59,220 nucleotides of DNA, filler included, from 5 parts of 5 records of this genome joined end to end with filler, not necessarily neighbours in it; one strand, 5' to 3'. Positions 21,847-31,125 are shown, counted from the whole stretch's first letter. The notes: a model not told the origin generated them from the sequence alone. Numbers and translations are program-made.

Positions 21847-22191
21847 CTATTCGATGACGATGTCGCCATTTTGGATGAAGCCGCGATCGCCCTCGGACAC
21901 ATATTCGAGCTTGCTCTCTGCTGGCAGGAGCGTCACGGTAAAGCTGACAGTTTCGCCGCCTTCCCTGGTGCCCTTGCCTTCAAAGCCGCCTTCGGTCGAT
22001 TCGATTTCTACATCGGAAATCTCAAGAGTTTTGCTCATATGCTTGGCCACCCTCTCGCTTCCCCACAGGCCGGGATTATCCTTGGCACGACACCCAGGCA
22101 TTGCCGCCATGGCAATCAAGCAACAGAGCACTAAACTGATACGATAGGTCAGGCCAGAAACGATTGGTGGTGTATTCAGGGCCGATGGCAT
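21847..22191 (-). CDS. Hypothetical lipoprotein
   Basis: Hydrophobic stretch ending in the lipobox-like AMPGC; small acidic mature domain. Confidence 0.6.
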   Translation of the reverse strand: MPSALNTPPIVSGLTYRISLVLCCLIAMAAMPGCRAKDNPGLWGSERVAKHMSKTLEISDVEIESTEGGFEGKGTREGGETVSFTVTLLPAESKLEYVSEGDRGFIQNGDIVIE

Positions 22192-22225
22192 TAACACTGA
22201 AGCGTCCTCTAAAGTCTAGTTTTCT

Positions 22226-23332
22226 ATGAATAAGCAGCCTGACAAACAAGTTTACCATCTTGCTTCTCAGGACGAGGGCTCGACGGTCGCCGCCGCACTT
22301 AAATCGTACCGTCAATCGTCGTGGGGCGAGGTGCGTAAGTTGCTCAGTGGCAGACGCGTGCAAGTGAACGGCAATCTGTGTCTCGATGAAGCGCGGCGGG
22401 TCAAGGAGTCTGATGTCGTCATCGTCTTGGCGAAGCCCTTGCCCAAGCCGGTTGATGTCGCGGATCTGCGCATCGCCCATTTGGACGATCATTTGCTAGT
22501 TGTGCAGAAGCCTGCGGGTATCACCAGTGTACGGTCCCATGCTGAGAAGCGGCTTTCCACCCGTCGACGGCAGTTGCAACCAACTGTTGAAGAGCTCTTG
22601 CCGAAGGTGTTGGCAAGGATACTTCGCCTCCCTTGGCCGCCTGTACCGCCAAAGGGTAAGAGGATTGGTCGGATGCAAGCAGGCCGCAGAAAGCAGATCA
22701 ATCGAGTCAAGGTTGCTCGTGCCGACTTTCTGCCTAAGGAGCTACAGGTTTATGCGGTTCATCGACTTGATCGAGACACCAGTGGTTTGATGGTCTTCGC
22801 GAGAACTCAACAAGCGGCAGCCGGGCTGGTGGCCATGTTCAAGCGGCACGCAATCGATCGGCAGTATGTCGCAATCTGCCACGGGCATATTGAAAAACAG
22901 ACAATTGAATCGCATCTGGTTCGCGACCGCGGAGACGGACGGCGTGGCTCGGTCGAGGGTGACGATGCAACAAATCGAAAAGACGCTCTCCGCGCCGTCA
23001 CTCACGTAGTCGATTCGGTTCACTTCCTAGGCGCAGATGAGCGGCCCTATAGTCGCGTCCGATGCAAGCTAGAGACAGGGCGAACTCACCAGATACGTAT
23101 TCACTTATCTGAGGCAGGCCATCCACTCTGCGGAGAAAGCATATACGTTGGTGGCCCACAGGCACCGTCGCGGTCAGAAGGGGCAGGGCAGGTCGCCGAT
23201 GCGCCACGTCAAGCGCTTCATAGCGACCGGCTGCAGTTCGTTCATCCCATTACTAAAGAAGCGATCGATCTGCATATGTCGCTTCCGCAGGATCTTGCAC
23301 GTTGGCAGAAGCTCCTGCGTGGCGACAAATAG
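22226..23332 (+). CDS. RluA/RluD family pseudouridine synthase
   Basis: S4-like N-terminus, KPAG, HRLDRDTSGL, LETGRTHQIRIH, RQALH. Confidence 0.93.
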   Translation: MNKQPDKQVYHLASQDEGSTVAAALKSYRQSSWGEVRKLLSGRRVQVNGNLCLDEARRVKESDVVIVLAKPLPKPVDVADLRIAHLDDHLLVVQKPAGITSVRSHAEKRLSTRRRQLQPTVEELLPKVLARILRLPWPPVPPKGKRIGRMQAGRRKQINRVKVARADFLPKELQVYAVHRLDRDTSGLMVFARTQQAAAGLVAMFKRHAIDRQYVAICHGHIEKQTIESHLVRDRGDGRRGSVEGDDATNRKDALRAVTHVVDSVHFLGADERPYSRVRCKLETGRTHQIRIHLSEAGHPLCGESIYVGGPQAPSRSEGAGQVADAPRQALHSDRLQFVHPITKEAIDLHMSLPQDLARWQKLLRGDK

Positions 23333-23364
23333 CGTGACCAATCGCTCAGTTGCATTTCAAAGCG

Positions 23365-24807
23365 TTAGCTAATCTCTGGCACGGCGTAGCCATCGCGGTA
23401 CTCGCGTTTGAGGAACGAGTTGGCATTTTCAGCGCCTTCGCCGGTGAATTTGCCTGAGTCGACATCGAACTTAAGCATTGGGCTCAGGTTCAACTCCTGC
23501 ATCTTCACCGAGTGGGCTCCCAGGTGCTTCTTCATGTCGTCGCGAAGGTCACCCCATAGCGGTTGATCGGCGGCTATCTCATCGGCAGCCTCCGGCGAGT
23601 AGGTTTCGCCAGCTTGGAAAGCAACGTTGGCGAGATTGCACCAACCGGTCGATAGATTACCCAGTTCAACGTCCGCGTTGAGGGAATCTACGTCGCGGGT
23701 CCGACATGCATCGAGGAAGTTGCGATGGTGACGGCCATTACCACCGTCTCCCTTGAATTCGCGAATCTTCTTTCCGTCGTTGTCATAGGCGGCGGCTCTA
23801 CCACGTTGCCCTTCAAAACGCCCGCCTTCGCAGTAGGCAATGTATCCGCTGTTTGGTCCCGGGTGCTTCGGTGAGCCCTTCGCGCCAGGTTCGGCACGCA
23901 TGTTGGTCAATCCAATGACGGTCGGGATTTCGCCGGTGTCGAAGTAAACGAAGTGTACGTTTGGCGTATCGCCAGCATCGTCCCAGGCAACCCGTCCGCC
24001 GGCTGCCATGACACGTGACGGAAGTGACACTTTGTCTAAGAACACATTGTTGCGTGCGTCGTCGAGTACGTGCACACCCCAGTTCCCCATTTCTCCTGAG
24101 CCGGTGTTGAAATCCCAGTGCCAATCGTACTGGAGCTTGTCTCGGAAGATCGGTCTGTCTTGAGCGGGGCCCAGCCACAAGTCATAGTTAACTTTGTCGT
24201 CGATAACGAGTGGTTTGTCGCGTTTGCCGATCGGCGCGCGGACCCCGTAGCGATTCACGCGGCAACTGGTGATTTTACCCAGTCCCTTTTCCTCGTGAAG
24301 AAACTTCTTAATCTCTGCTTGCATCGGGTCGGAACGCTGCTGTGTGCCGAGCTGACAGATGCGACCAAACTTGCGAGCCGCTTTGACGGTCTGATCTCCC
24401 TCCCATTGAGAGTGAGAAAGCGGCTTTTCAACATAGACGTCCTTGCCTGCTTCCATGGCCCAAATGGAGGCGAGGCAGTGCCAGTGGTTCGTTGTCGCAA
24501 CAACAACTGCGTCAATGTTGTCGTCGTCTAAAAGGTCGCGCAGATCCTCGTAGGTCTTGGCCTTGGGAAAGGCTTTTGACGCAGTGGCAACTCGAGCGCC
24601 GTCGGGGTCACACAGACCAGCAATCTCGCATCCATCAATGCCGTTGAAGATGCTCATGTGTTGTCCGGCACGGCCACCACAACTGATGAATCCAAGCCGG
24701 ATTTCGTCGATTGCCATCGAACGAGCATTGGCCTTCGGGAACGTCCAAGCCGCTCCGGCCACTGCCGAAGCTGCTAGCAATTGACGACGATTGAGTTGCT
24801 TATTCAT
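23365..24807 (-). CDS. Tat-exported Gfo/Idh/MocA oxidoreductase
   Basis: LNRRQLL twin-arginine leader; GKDVYVEKP, GTQQRS, YDLWLGPA, GEMGNWGVH, KREYR C-terminus. Confidence 0.9.
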   Translation of the reverse strand: MNKQLNRRQLLAASAVAGAAWTFPKANARSMAIDEIRLGFISCGGRAGQHMSIFNGIDGCEIAGLCDPDGARVATASKAFPKAKTYEDLRDLLDDDNIDAVVVATTNHWHCLASIWAMEAGKDVYVEKPLSHSQWEGDQTVKAARKFGRICQLGTQQRSDPMQAEIKKFLHEEKGLGKITSCRVNRYGVRAPIGKRDKPLVIDDKVNYDLWLGPAQDRPIFRDKLQYDWHWDFNTGSGEMGNWGVHVLDDARNNVFLDKVSLPSRVMAAGGRVAWDDAGDTPNVHFVYFDTGEIPTVIGLTNMRAEPGAKGSPKHPGPNSGYIAYCEGGRFEGQRGRAAAYDNDGKKIREFKGDGGNGRHHRNFLDACRTRDVDSLNADVELGNLSTGWCNLANVAFQAGETYSPEAADEIAADQPLWGDLRDDMKKHLGAHSVKMQELNLSPMLKFDVDSGKFTGEGAENANSFLKREYRDGYAVPEIS

Positions 24808-25234
24808 TCTTGAATTCCTTCGCAGGAGCTTAAGGGAGTCGATGTGACCGCAGGTGCGTAGCCCGGAGGCGGCCACGCATTATACTCAAAACGCGCCATA
24901 GGTTGTTGGTCCCTGAGAATTCAAGGCAATCGGGGGATTTGCTAGCAAGAGTAGGCCCGAGTTGAGGCCTTGCCTATATTGTCTGACCGTCACCGCATGC
25001 ATCGCATTTGCCGCAGATCTGGAGGTTTGCATTCCCGGCAGCTCGATGATTCAAGCCTGCAGTTTCGATAGCAGTTCTTAACAACACAGATGCACTTTGT
25101 TGCCAAAGGTGGGGTTTTTCGAACGTGCAATTCCCATGAGGTCTGTTTTTTGAGCAGCCTTGTGATTTCTCGCAACAAGGATGTTGTCGAGTGGGGCGTT
25201 CGAGTTCCTAGGATGAAAAAAGGGTAGTACGGAT

Positions 25235-25466
25235 ATGAGAGCCTTTTTCTCGCTTGCAATTGCGGTCATCGCCATGTGCGGGCAGTCGTTTGGGCAGTGC
25301 GCTAGCTGTGACACCAACAGTATTCTCGCACCGAGTTGTACTTCGTCGGCTTGCGACACTGGGCTTGTGTCCGGTGAAGCTGGGTGTGATACGCTTGGCG
25401 GCTGCAGTGATCGAGATCATCAGTCTTGGCAGGTCAGCGGTTGGTTGGCCGGTGGCTTCATGGGCA
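25235..25466 (+). CDS. Secreted protein, probable outer-membrane beta-barrel (BBP2-like), 5' part only
   Basis: Signal peptide, Cys-rich CD-containing linker, then WQVSGWLAGG first strand. Confidence 0.5.
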
Positions 25467-25566
25467 NNNNNNNNNNNNNNNNNNNNNNNNNNNNNNNNNN
25501 NNNNNNNNNNTTAATTAATTAANNNNNNNNNNNNNNNNNNNNNNNNNNNNNNNNNNNNNNNNNNNN
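25467..25566. other. Artificial contig linker
   Basis: N44-TTAATTAATTAA-N44. Confidence 0.99.
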
Positions 25567-25946
25567 GTTGATGTTGAAGGCATAGGTGGAAAGCTGGGGC
25601 TGCAGGGCAGAGGCGCTGAGCGAGTCACTGACGGGGGGTGTGGCGTGTGGGGCAGTGGGCGAGGATGGACCGTGAAGGGCCGCTCAGCGGGCGCTACAGG
25701 GAGTCCTGGGGGGTGACGGGGACGGGGTGAAGCCTCAGGGAGCTAGGTTGCACCATTGATATCGCAGAACCGTTTTGCGGGCCGGGGGACGCCACGGCTG
25801 ACGCAGGTGCTTCGATCTCAGCAGGTCCAAGCCCACCCCTGCAGCTCTCTGACCACGGTAAGCCCAGCGCTGGCCACAAGTGAGCTGTGGGGGTGTGGTC
25901 TGTCTGGGCCTGTCCTAGCCAACACAACAGCAGATGGACCTGTGAC

Positions 25947-26750
25947 ATGACAACTGAACATAACGGCCTTGAGGGTGAAGCCCGCAGGGTCAAGCTCGAT
26001 GAGCTGCACCTCGACACCGACACCTTCCAGTTTCGCTGGGAGGACCTGACGGAAAGCCAAGTCGATGACCTGATGGACGCACTCAAGCGGCGGAAGGAAC
26101 TGGACCCCCTCACGGTGTGGGAGAGACCCGAGGACGGGTGTCTCTTCGTGGTGGACGGGCACCACCGCTATGAGGCCTACAGGCGCTCAGGCAAGGCTGT
26201 GACGGTCCCTGTGGTGATCCACAGGTGTGACCTCAAGTTGGCCCGATTACTGGCACTGGAGGAGAACACCAAGACCCGGCTGACGATGTCCCAACAAGAA
26301 CGGCTCGATGCCGCTTGGCACCTTGAGTGCAGCGAGGACGCGTACAGCAAGGCGGAGATCGTGAAGTCGGCGGGCGTCGGAAACGGGACGGTGGCGAACA
26401 TGAGAAGAGTGAAGGGGCGGCTTGCAGAAGCAGGTAGCGAAATTCCCACGACATGGAAAGCAGCGCAGATGCTCGACGCTGGACGGGAGCAAGACTGGAC
26501 TGAGGAGGACTGGGAAGCGCGGCGGGAAGAGCGTGTGCTGAAGCTCAAGGAAGAAATAGCAGGGGCTGTAGCGGCAGCGACACGGACGGACCCCACCATT
26601 GCTCCCGATGCGATGCACAGGATTATGGGCGAGGAACGGTTTCGCCAAGCGCTCGAGTGGCTCGGCTATTACGAGGGCGAGGAGGACCCGATCACCGGGA
26701 CCGTGACCTTCAAGGTGAACAACCAGCCTGAGCTTGATATGCCGTTCTGA
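25947..26750 (+). CDS. ParB/Srx N-terminal domain protein with HTH
   Basis: FQFR...LDPLTVW...VVDGHHRYEAY...ALEEN, then SKAEIVKSAGVGNGTVANMRR helix-turn-helix. Confidence 0.85.
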   Translation: MTTEHNGLEGEARRVKLDELHLDTDTFQFRWEDLTESQVDDLMDALKRRKELDPLTVWERPEDGCLFVVDGHHRYEAYRRSGKAVTVPVVIHRCDLKLARLLALEENTKTRLTMSQQERLDAAWHLECSEDAYSKAEIVKSAGVGNGTVANMRRVKGRLAEAGSEIPTTWKAAQMLDAGREQDWTEEDWEARREERVLKLKEEIAGAVAAATRTDPTIAPDAMHRIMGEERFRQALEWLGYYEGEEDPITGTVTFKVNNQPELDMPF

Positions 26751-27127
26751 GGGTTCGACGTGGGCGGGGTGAAGCTCGAGCAGCAGCCCCAGCCCGCAAG
26801 GGAAATAGCACCAGCCAGAGCCGAGGGGAGAGCCTTGGTGGTAGCTTGGGTGTGCATCCCTTGGATGTGCAACTTGCACAGGCTGACGATGTTCCCGGTG
26901 GTTTTTGGCACAAACTTCTGAGCGGCCTACCATTATATTGGCGTTGGCGTTCTTCCCCCATAGGCCCCCCGGCAGCGGTGAGCAGGAACGCTTTGGCACA
27001 AACCGGCGGAGGGCATTTACGTGACCTAAAACCGGCTGGGTTGAGGACGCTTGAAGTGCGAGGATGTGGCGAGGTGTGCTTGATACATCTCGTGACCGAA
27101 GTGTAGCGACGCCAGAGAGTCGATCTG

Positions 27128-27733
27128 TCAGTACTTTGACCAGTCACCGGTCTTCATCGCCGACTTTCGGTCGATGTCGAGACCCTCCCGTTGGATGATC
27201 TCCGCCGTGGCTGTGTATGCTTCTGATAAGGAGACTTTCAACATCTCTCGTGTCTCCTGCCAGCGCCCGTCCTTCCATGTCTCGCCCTTAACAGCTTTGG
27301 AGGCGAACATTCGAAAAAGCGCTGCCTCAACGCGCCCCGCATGATCAACATCTAAGCGGAACAGGACTTGCCAGTCGTTGGCACCACCATACGCTTGGGT
27401 ATTCATTTGGGTGTGGCGATCGAAAATGTCAGCTGTAACACCTATCTTCAGGCAGCCAAGCGTCTGAGAGCCAGCGATGTAGAGCGTCTGTCGAGCTGAG
27501 TGACGACGCTGATACGCGATCATCGCAGGCTTACACTGCACGCAGTGTCCAGATCGGGTGCGGAGCCGATGCCCTGCAGCTGCACAAGGTGTTCCATAGA
27601 TCAACGGTTTGCCCAGCCTCTTCGCTTCCACACGCCATACAGCCTTCGCCTTCCCACGCGCATCAAAGACATCGCTTTCGTTCAGCCCATGAGCTTGGAG
27701 AAAGGAACGCGCATCTTCGTCGATGAAACCCAT
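27128..27733 (-). CDS. GIY-YIG/T5orf172-like nuclease with N-terminal Cys/His cluster; alternative start 27751
   Basis: LYIAGS...LKIGVT...DR...N...VEA.L...TREML pattern; C-x4-H-x8-C-x2-C upstream. Confidence 0.75.
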   Translation of the reverse strand: MGFIDEDARSFLQAHGLNESDVFDARGKAKAVWRVEAKRLGKPLIYGTPCAAAGHRLRTRSGHCVQCKPAMIAYQRRHSARQTLYIAGSQTLGCLKIGVTADIFDRHTQMNTQAYGGANDWQVLFRLDVDHAGRVEAALFRMFASKAVKGETWKDGRWQETREMLKVSLSEAYTATAEIIQREGLDIDRKSAMKTGDWSKY

Positions 27734-27783
27734 GGCGCAATTACTCAACATGTTGCCTTTGTGGTCAAGTGGCTGCAAGTGGC

Positions 27784-27901
27784 GTGCCGATAGGGTATAC
27801 CCCAGCGCTACGCCTCGATGGTACAGGGAATGTGTACCAATAGGGTTGCATTCCGTGTTCTGGTACGCCATGTGTGCAGGGCCTTAGAGCCTAAAGGAAC
27901 A
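27784..27901. promoter_or_regulatory. Putative res site / resolvase operator
   Basis: GTGCCGATAGGGT (27784-27796) and GTACCAATAGGGT (27834-27846), each followed by an inverted TGGTAC arm; a weaker third pair TGTGC...GGAACA lies just before the ATG. Confidence 0.55.
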
Positions 27902-27905
27902 CATC

Positions 27906-28451
27906 ATGGCAACGTACGGCTACGCTCGAGTATCTACCACGGACCAAGACCTCACCGTCCAACGAGAGGCGTTGAAGGTGGCGGGGTGCGAGATCATCCG
28001 CGAGGAGAAGGTCAGCGGGACCAGTCGGCAGGGACGGGATGAGCTGGAGACGTTACTACAGTTCCTACGCCCCGGTGACACGCTTGTGATCACGCGTCTG
28101 GATCGCTTGGCCCGGTCCATGGATGACCTGTCCCAGATCGTGAAGGAGCTGCAGGTGAGAGGCGCGGCACTCAAAGCGACCGAGCAGCCGGTGGATACCA
28201 GCACAGCAGCGGGCAAAGCGTTCTTCCAGATGCTGGGTGTCTTCGCTGAGTTCGAAACCAACTTGAGGCGGGAGCGCCAGATGGAAGGGATCGCCAAGGC
28301 GAAAGCCAAGGGCGTTTACAAGGGACGCAAGCCGTCCATCGACGTGGAAGAGGTGAGGCGGCTGAGGGACGAGGACGGGCTGGGTGCAACGGAGATTGCC
28401 AAGCGTCTGGGCATTGCGAGGACATCGGTCTACCGTGCGCTCAAGGAATAA
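27906..28451 (+). CDS. Serine recombinase (resolvase/invertase family)
   Basis: YGYARVST.DQ, RLDRLARS, FAEFE, GVYKGRKP, C-terminal HTH IAKRLGIARTSVYR. Confidence 0.96.
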   Translation: MATYGYARVSTTDQDLTVQREALKVAGCEIIREEKVSGTSRQGRDELETLLQFLRPGDTLVITRLDRLARSMDDLSQIVKELQVRGAALKATEQPVDTSTAAGKAFFQMLGVFAEFETNLRRERQMEGIAKAKAKGVYKGRKPSIDVEEVRRLRDEDGLGATEIAKRLGIARTSVYRALKE

Positions 28452-28470
28452 CGAGAGCAGGAGCTGAAAG

Positions 28471-28731
28471 ATGCGACCCGACGGCGAAAAGACCTCATCC
28501 GAGGATTTCTGGTTCAAGCTGGCGGGCGTCTTCCTCGCTACGTGGTTCCTATCCAACCTCGTTATCAACAGGATCGAGGCGATGCCCACAAACTTAGACC
28601 GCTGCATGGACCGGTACTCCGAGTTCGCTCTCTCTGCTAGGAACACAGACGCGCCTCTGAGCGCGGCGGCTGAAGGACGCCTTGCACTCGTAGCGATACG
28701 AACTTGCACCGGAAACGGCAGCGGAAGTTGA
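28471..28731 (+). CDS. Small single-pass membrane protein
   Basis: AGGAG RBS; FWFKLAGVFLATWFLSNLVI hydrophobic segment; two Cys in the C-terminal part. Confidence 0.55.
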   Translation: MRPDGEKTSSEDFWFKLAGVFLATWFLSNLVINRIEAMPTNLDRCMDRYSEFALSARNTDAPLSAAAEGRLALVAIRTCTGNGSGS

Positions 28732-28827
28732 CTTAGCCTGAACCGGTGCATACGACCGGTACACAACAATGGTGATGCAGTCCAAAAATATGTTTGTTAT
28801 CAATGATGTGAAAGCGAAGCTGTAGAC

Positions 28828-28850
28828 TTCGAGCCTCTCACGACCCACCA
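28828..28850 (+). repeat. att site: tRNA 3'-end fragment (probably tRNA-Val)
   Basis: TTCGAGC-CTCTC-ACGACCC-A-CCA equals T-loop, 3' T-stem, 3' acceptor stem, discriminator and CCA, with no 5' half upstream. Confidence 0.8.
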
Positions 28851-29015
28851 TTCCCCCATAAGATCCAAGCTTGATGCGCCGATCCGCGTAGCATGTGCGC
28901 AATTGCAGTCCAAAGACCTGCGCAGGGGCACAGGGGCTGTTCGACCATGGTAGTTTTCTGATCCTTCCGGCGTCCTAGATTGGTCTCAAGGAAACTTGCC
29001 CAGGAGACCAAGGAC

Positions 29016-29978
29016 ATGAGCTGGAACCCCGCTCTGGACCCGCATTGCCCGCTTGGCGACGGGGTCGATGCGATCGAAACGCTGATCATCCCGCGTGCCC
29101 GTGATCTGGGCGGGTTCGAGGTGCGCCGGGCGCTGCCCGCACCCAGGCGGCAAATGGTTGGGCCGTTCATCTTTTTCGACCAGATGGGTCCGGCCGAGAT
29201 GCTGCCCACGCAAGGGCTCGACGTGCGGCCGCACCCGCATATCGGGCTGGCGACGATCTCTTACCTCTATCGGGGCCGGATGCATCACCGCGACAGCCTT
29301 GGCACCGACAGCTGGATCGAGCCGGGTGACGTCAATCTGATGGTGGCCGGGCAGGGGATCACCCATTCCGAACGCACCGATGACAAGACCCAGATCCTGC
29401 CGATGCCCTTCTTTGGCATCCAGACCTGGATCGCGCTGCCGGAAGATCAGGAGGAGCGCGGGCCGGAGTTTCATCACGCGGGCAAGGCCGATCTGCCGGT
29501 GCTGCGGGCCGAGGGAAAAGAGGTGCGCCTGATCCTCGGCTCTGCCTACGGCGAAACCGCGCCGGTGCCGGTGCCATCCGAGATGTTCTATGCCGACGCG
29601 GTATTGGAGGCGGGCGCGGTTTTGCCCCTGCCCGATGATCACGAGGATCGTGGTGTGTACGTTGCCGAAGGGTCGGTCGAACTGGCGGGCGGCAACCACA
29701 AGGCCGGCGAGATGATGGTGTTTCGCCCCGGCGACAGGCTGGCGCTGACGGCCGGACCCGCAGGCGCGCGGCTTGTGCTGCTTGGCGGCGCCACGCTGAA
29801 CGGGCCGCGCCACATCTGGTGGAATTTCGTCTCTTCCAGCAAGGATCGGATCCTGGAGGCAAAGGAAGCCTGGCGTGCGGCAGATTGGCAATCGGGACCG
29901 TTCCATTTGCCACCCGGAGATGACGCGGAGTTCATCCCCGCGCCGGATCGAGGGCCGTTATGGGCACCTGAGGGCTAG
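29016..29978 (+). CDS. Pirin family protein
   Basis: VGPFIFFDQMG, HPHIGL, HRDSLG, GITHSE, IWWNFVSS. Confidence 0.95.
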   Translation: MSWNPALDPHCPLGDGVDAIETLIIPRARDLGGFEVRRALPAPRRQMVGPFIFFDQMGPAEMLPTQGLDVRPHPHIGLATISYLYRGRMHHRDSLGTDSWIEPGDVNLMVAGQGITHSERTDDKTQILPMPFFGIQTWIALPEDQEERGPEFHHAGKADLPVLRAEGKEVRLILGSAYGETAPVPVPSEMFYADAVLEAGAVLPLPDDHEDRGVYVAEGSVELAGGNHKAGEMMVFRPGDRLALTAGPAGARLVLLGGATLNGPRHIWWNFVSSSKDRILEAKEAWRAADWQSGPFHLPPGDDAEFIPAPDRGPLWAPEG

Positions 29979-30078
29979 ACCCGCAAAGGCTTCTCAGGAC
30001 TGGGTTTTCGCGATAGGGCTTGATCTGGCGCGGCGACATTCATCCCCGTGCGCGCCGGACCCGATGAAAGTACAGACG

Positions 30079-31065
30079 ATGCCCGGCCCTCCGCGCCCAA
30101 CCGAGGAGACCCCGCCGCTTGCGATCCTGTTGATCCTTGCCGGCATGGTCTTCATCACCGTGAACGATTCCCTGATCAAGGCGCTCGGGGGGGACTATCC
30201 GCTGCATCAGATGGTTTTCGTGCGCTCGGCCATCGGCATCGTTTTTTCCCTGGTGATCCTGCAATTCGAGGGCGGATTCCGCGAATTGCGCACGGCCACG
30301 CCGGGGCTGCACCTGCTGCGAGGGCTGTTCGTGGTGATCTCGAACATGCTCTATTTCGCGGCCCTGGCGGTGATGCCGTTGGCCGACGCGGTGGCAACCT
30401 TTTTCGTTGCTCCGCTGATCATCACGCTGCTGTCGGTCGTGGTTCTGGGCGAAAAGGTGGGGGTTCACAGGATCACGGCAATCGTCGTGGGCTTTGCCGG
30501 AGTGCTGGTCATGACACGCCCGGGGATGGCAGGCGAAGACGCCCTGGACCGCTGGACACTGCTGCTGCCGGTGCTGGCGGCCACGGCCTACGCGGCGATG
30601 CAGGTGATGACGCGAAAACTGGGTGTCTATTCCAAGGCCTCGGCACTGGCGGTCTATATTCAGGGCGTGTTCCTGATCGTGAGCATTGGCTTTTATCTGG
30701 TTGCGGGCGACGGACGCTTTGCCGAAGGGGTCGAGGCGGAAAGCCTTGTCTTCCTGTTCAGGGCCTGGGTCTGGCCCACACCGGGCGACTGGCCGCTCTT
30801 CATCCTGCTTGGCTGTATGTCCGGCGCGATCGGATACCTGTTGTCGGCGGCCTACAAGATGGGCAATGCCGCGACGATCTCCTCATACGAATACACCGCG
30901 CTGCCGCTGGCCATCGCCTCGGGCTGGATGGTTTTCGGAGAGGTGCCAGACCTCTGGGTGCTCGCGGGAACCGTGCTGATCGCAGGGGCGGGGATCCATG
31001 TGTTTATGCGCGAACGGCAGCGCCGCAGCCCGGTTGCCCCGCGCCGTCCGCTGCGACGTGGATGA
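30079..31065 (+). CDS. DMT/EamA family transporter; alternative start 30064
   Basis: About 10 TM segments; LGEKVG.HR, GFAGVL...RPG, FGEVPD. Confidence 0.9.
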   Translation: MPGPPRPTEETPPLAILLILAGMVFITVNDSLIKALGGDYPLHQMVFVRSAIGIVFSLVILQFEGGFRELRTATPGLHLLRGLFVVISNMLYFAALAVMPLADAVATFFVAPLIITLLSVVVLGEKVGVHRITAIVVGFAGVLVMTRPGMAGEDALDRWTLLLPVLAATAYAAMQVMTRKLGVYSKASALAVYIQGVFLIVSIGFYLVAGDGRFAEGVEAESLVFLFRAWVWPTPGDWPLFILLGCMSGAIGYLLSAAYKMGNAATISSYEYTALPLAIASGWMVFGEVPDLWVLAGTVLIAGAGIHVFMRERQRRSPVAPRRPLRRG

Positions 31066-31125
31066 GCCTGCACAGGGTGTCCGCGAAAAAAAAGCCCGGC
31101 GGGGAAATTATGCGCAAAACCGCGC

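Larger units (their letters stand above)
25567..28850. mobile_element. Right end of a tRNA-integrated element (genomic island or prophage-like)
   Basis: ParB-like, GIY-YIG and resolvase genes with visibly lower GC than pirin/DMT; ends exactly at a tRNA 3'-end fragment. Confidence 0.8.

Noticed and set aside
25567..25700. Minus-strand frame reading QLSTYAFNIN, reminiscent of a Bro-N start
   Set aside because: In-frame stop upstream with no start codon after it; too short to support
28828..28850. Complete tRNA gene
   Set aside because: No D-arm, anticodon arm or 5' acceptor strand upstream; treated as an att fragment
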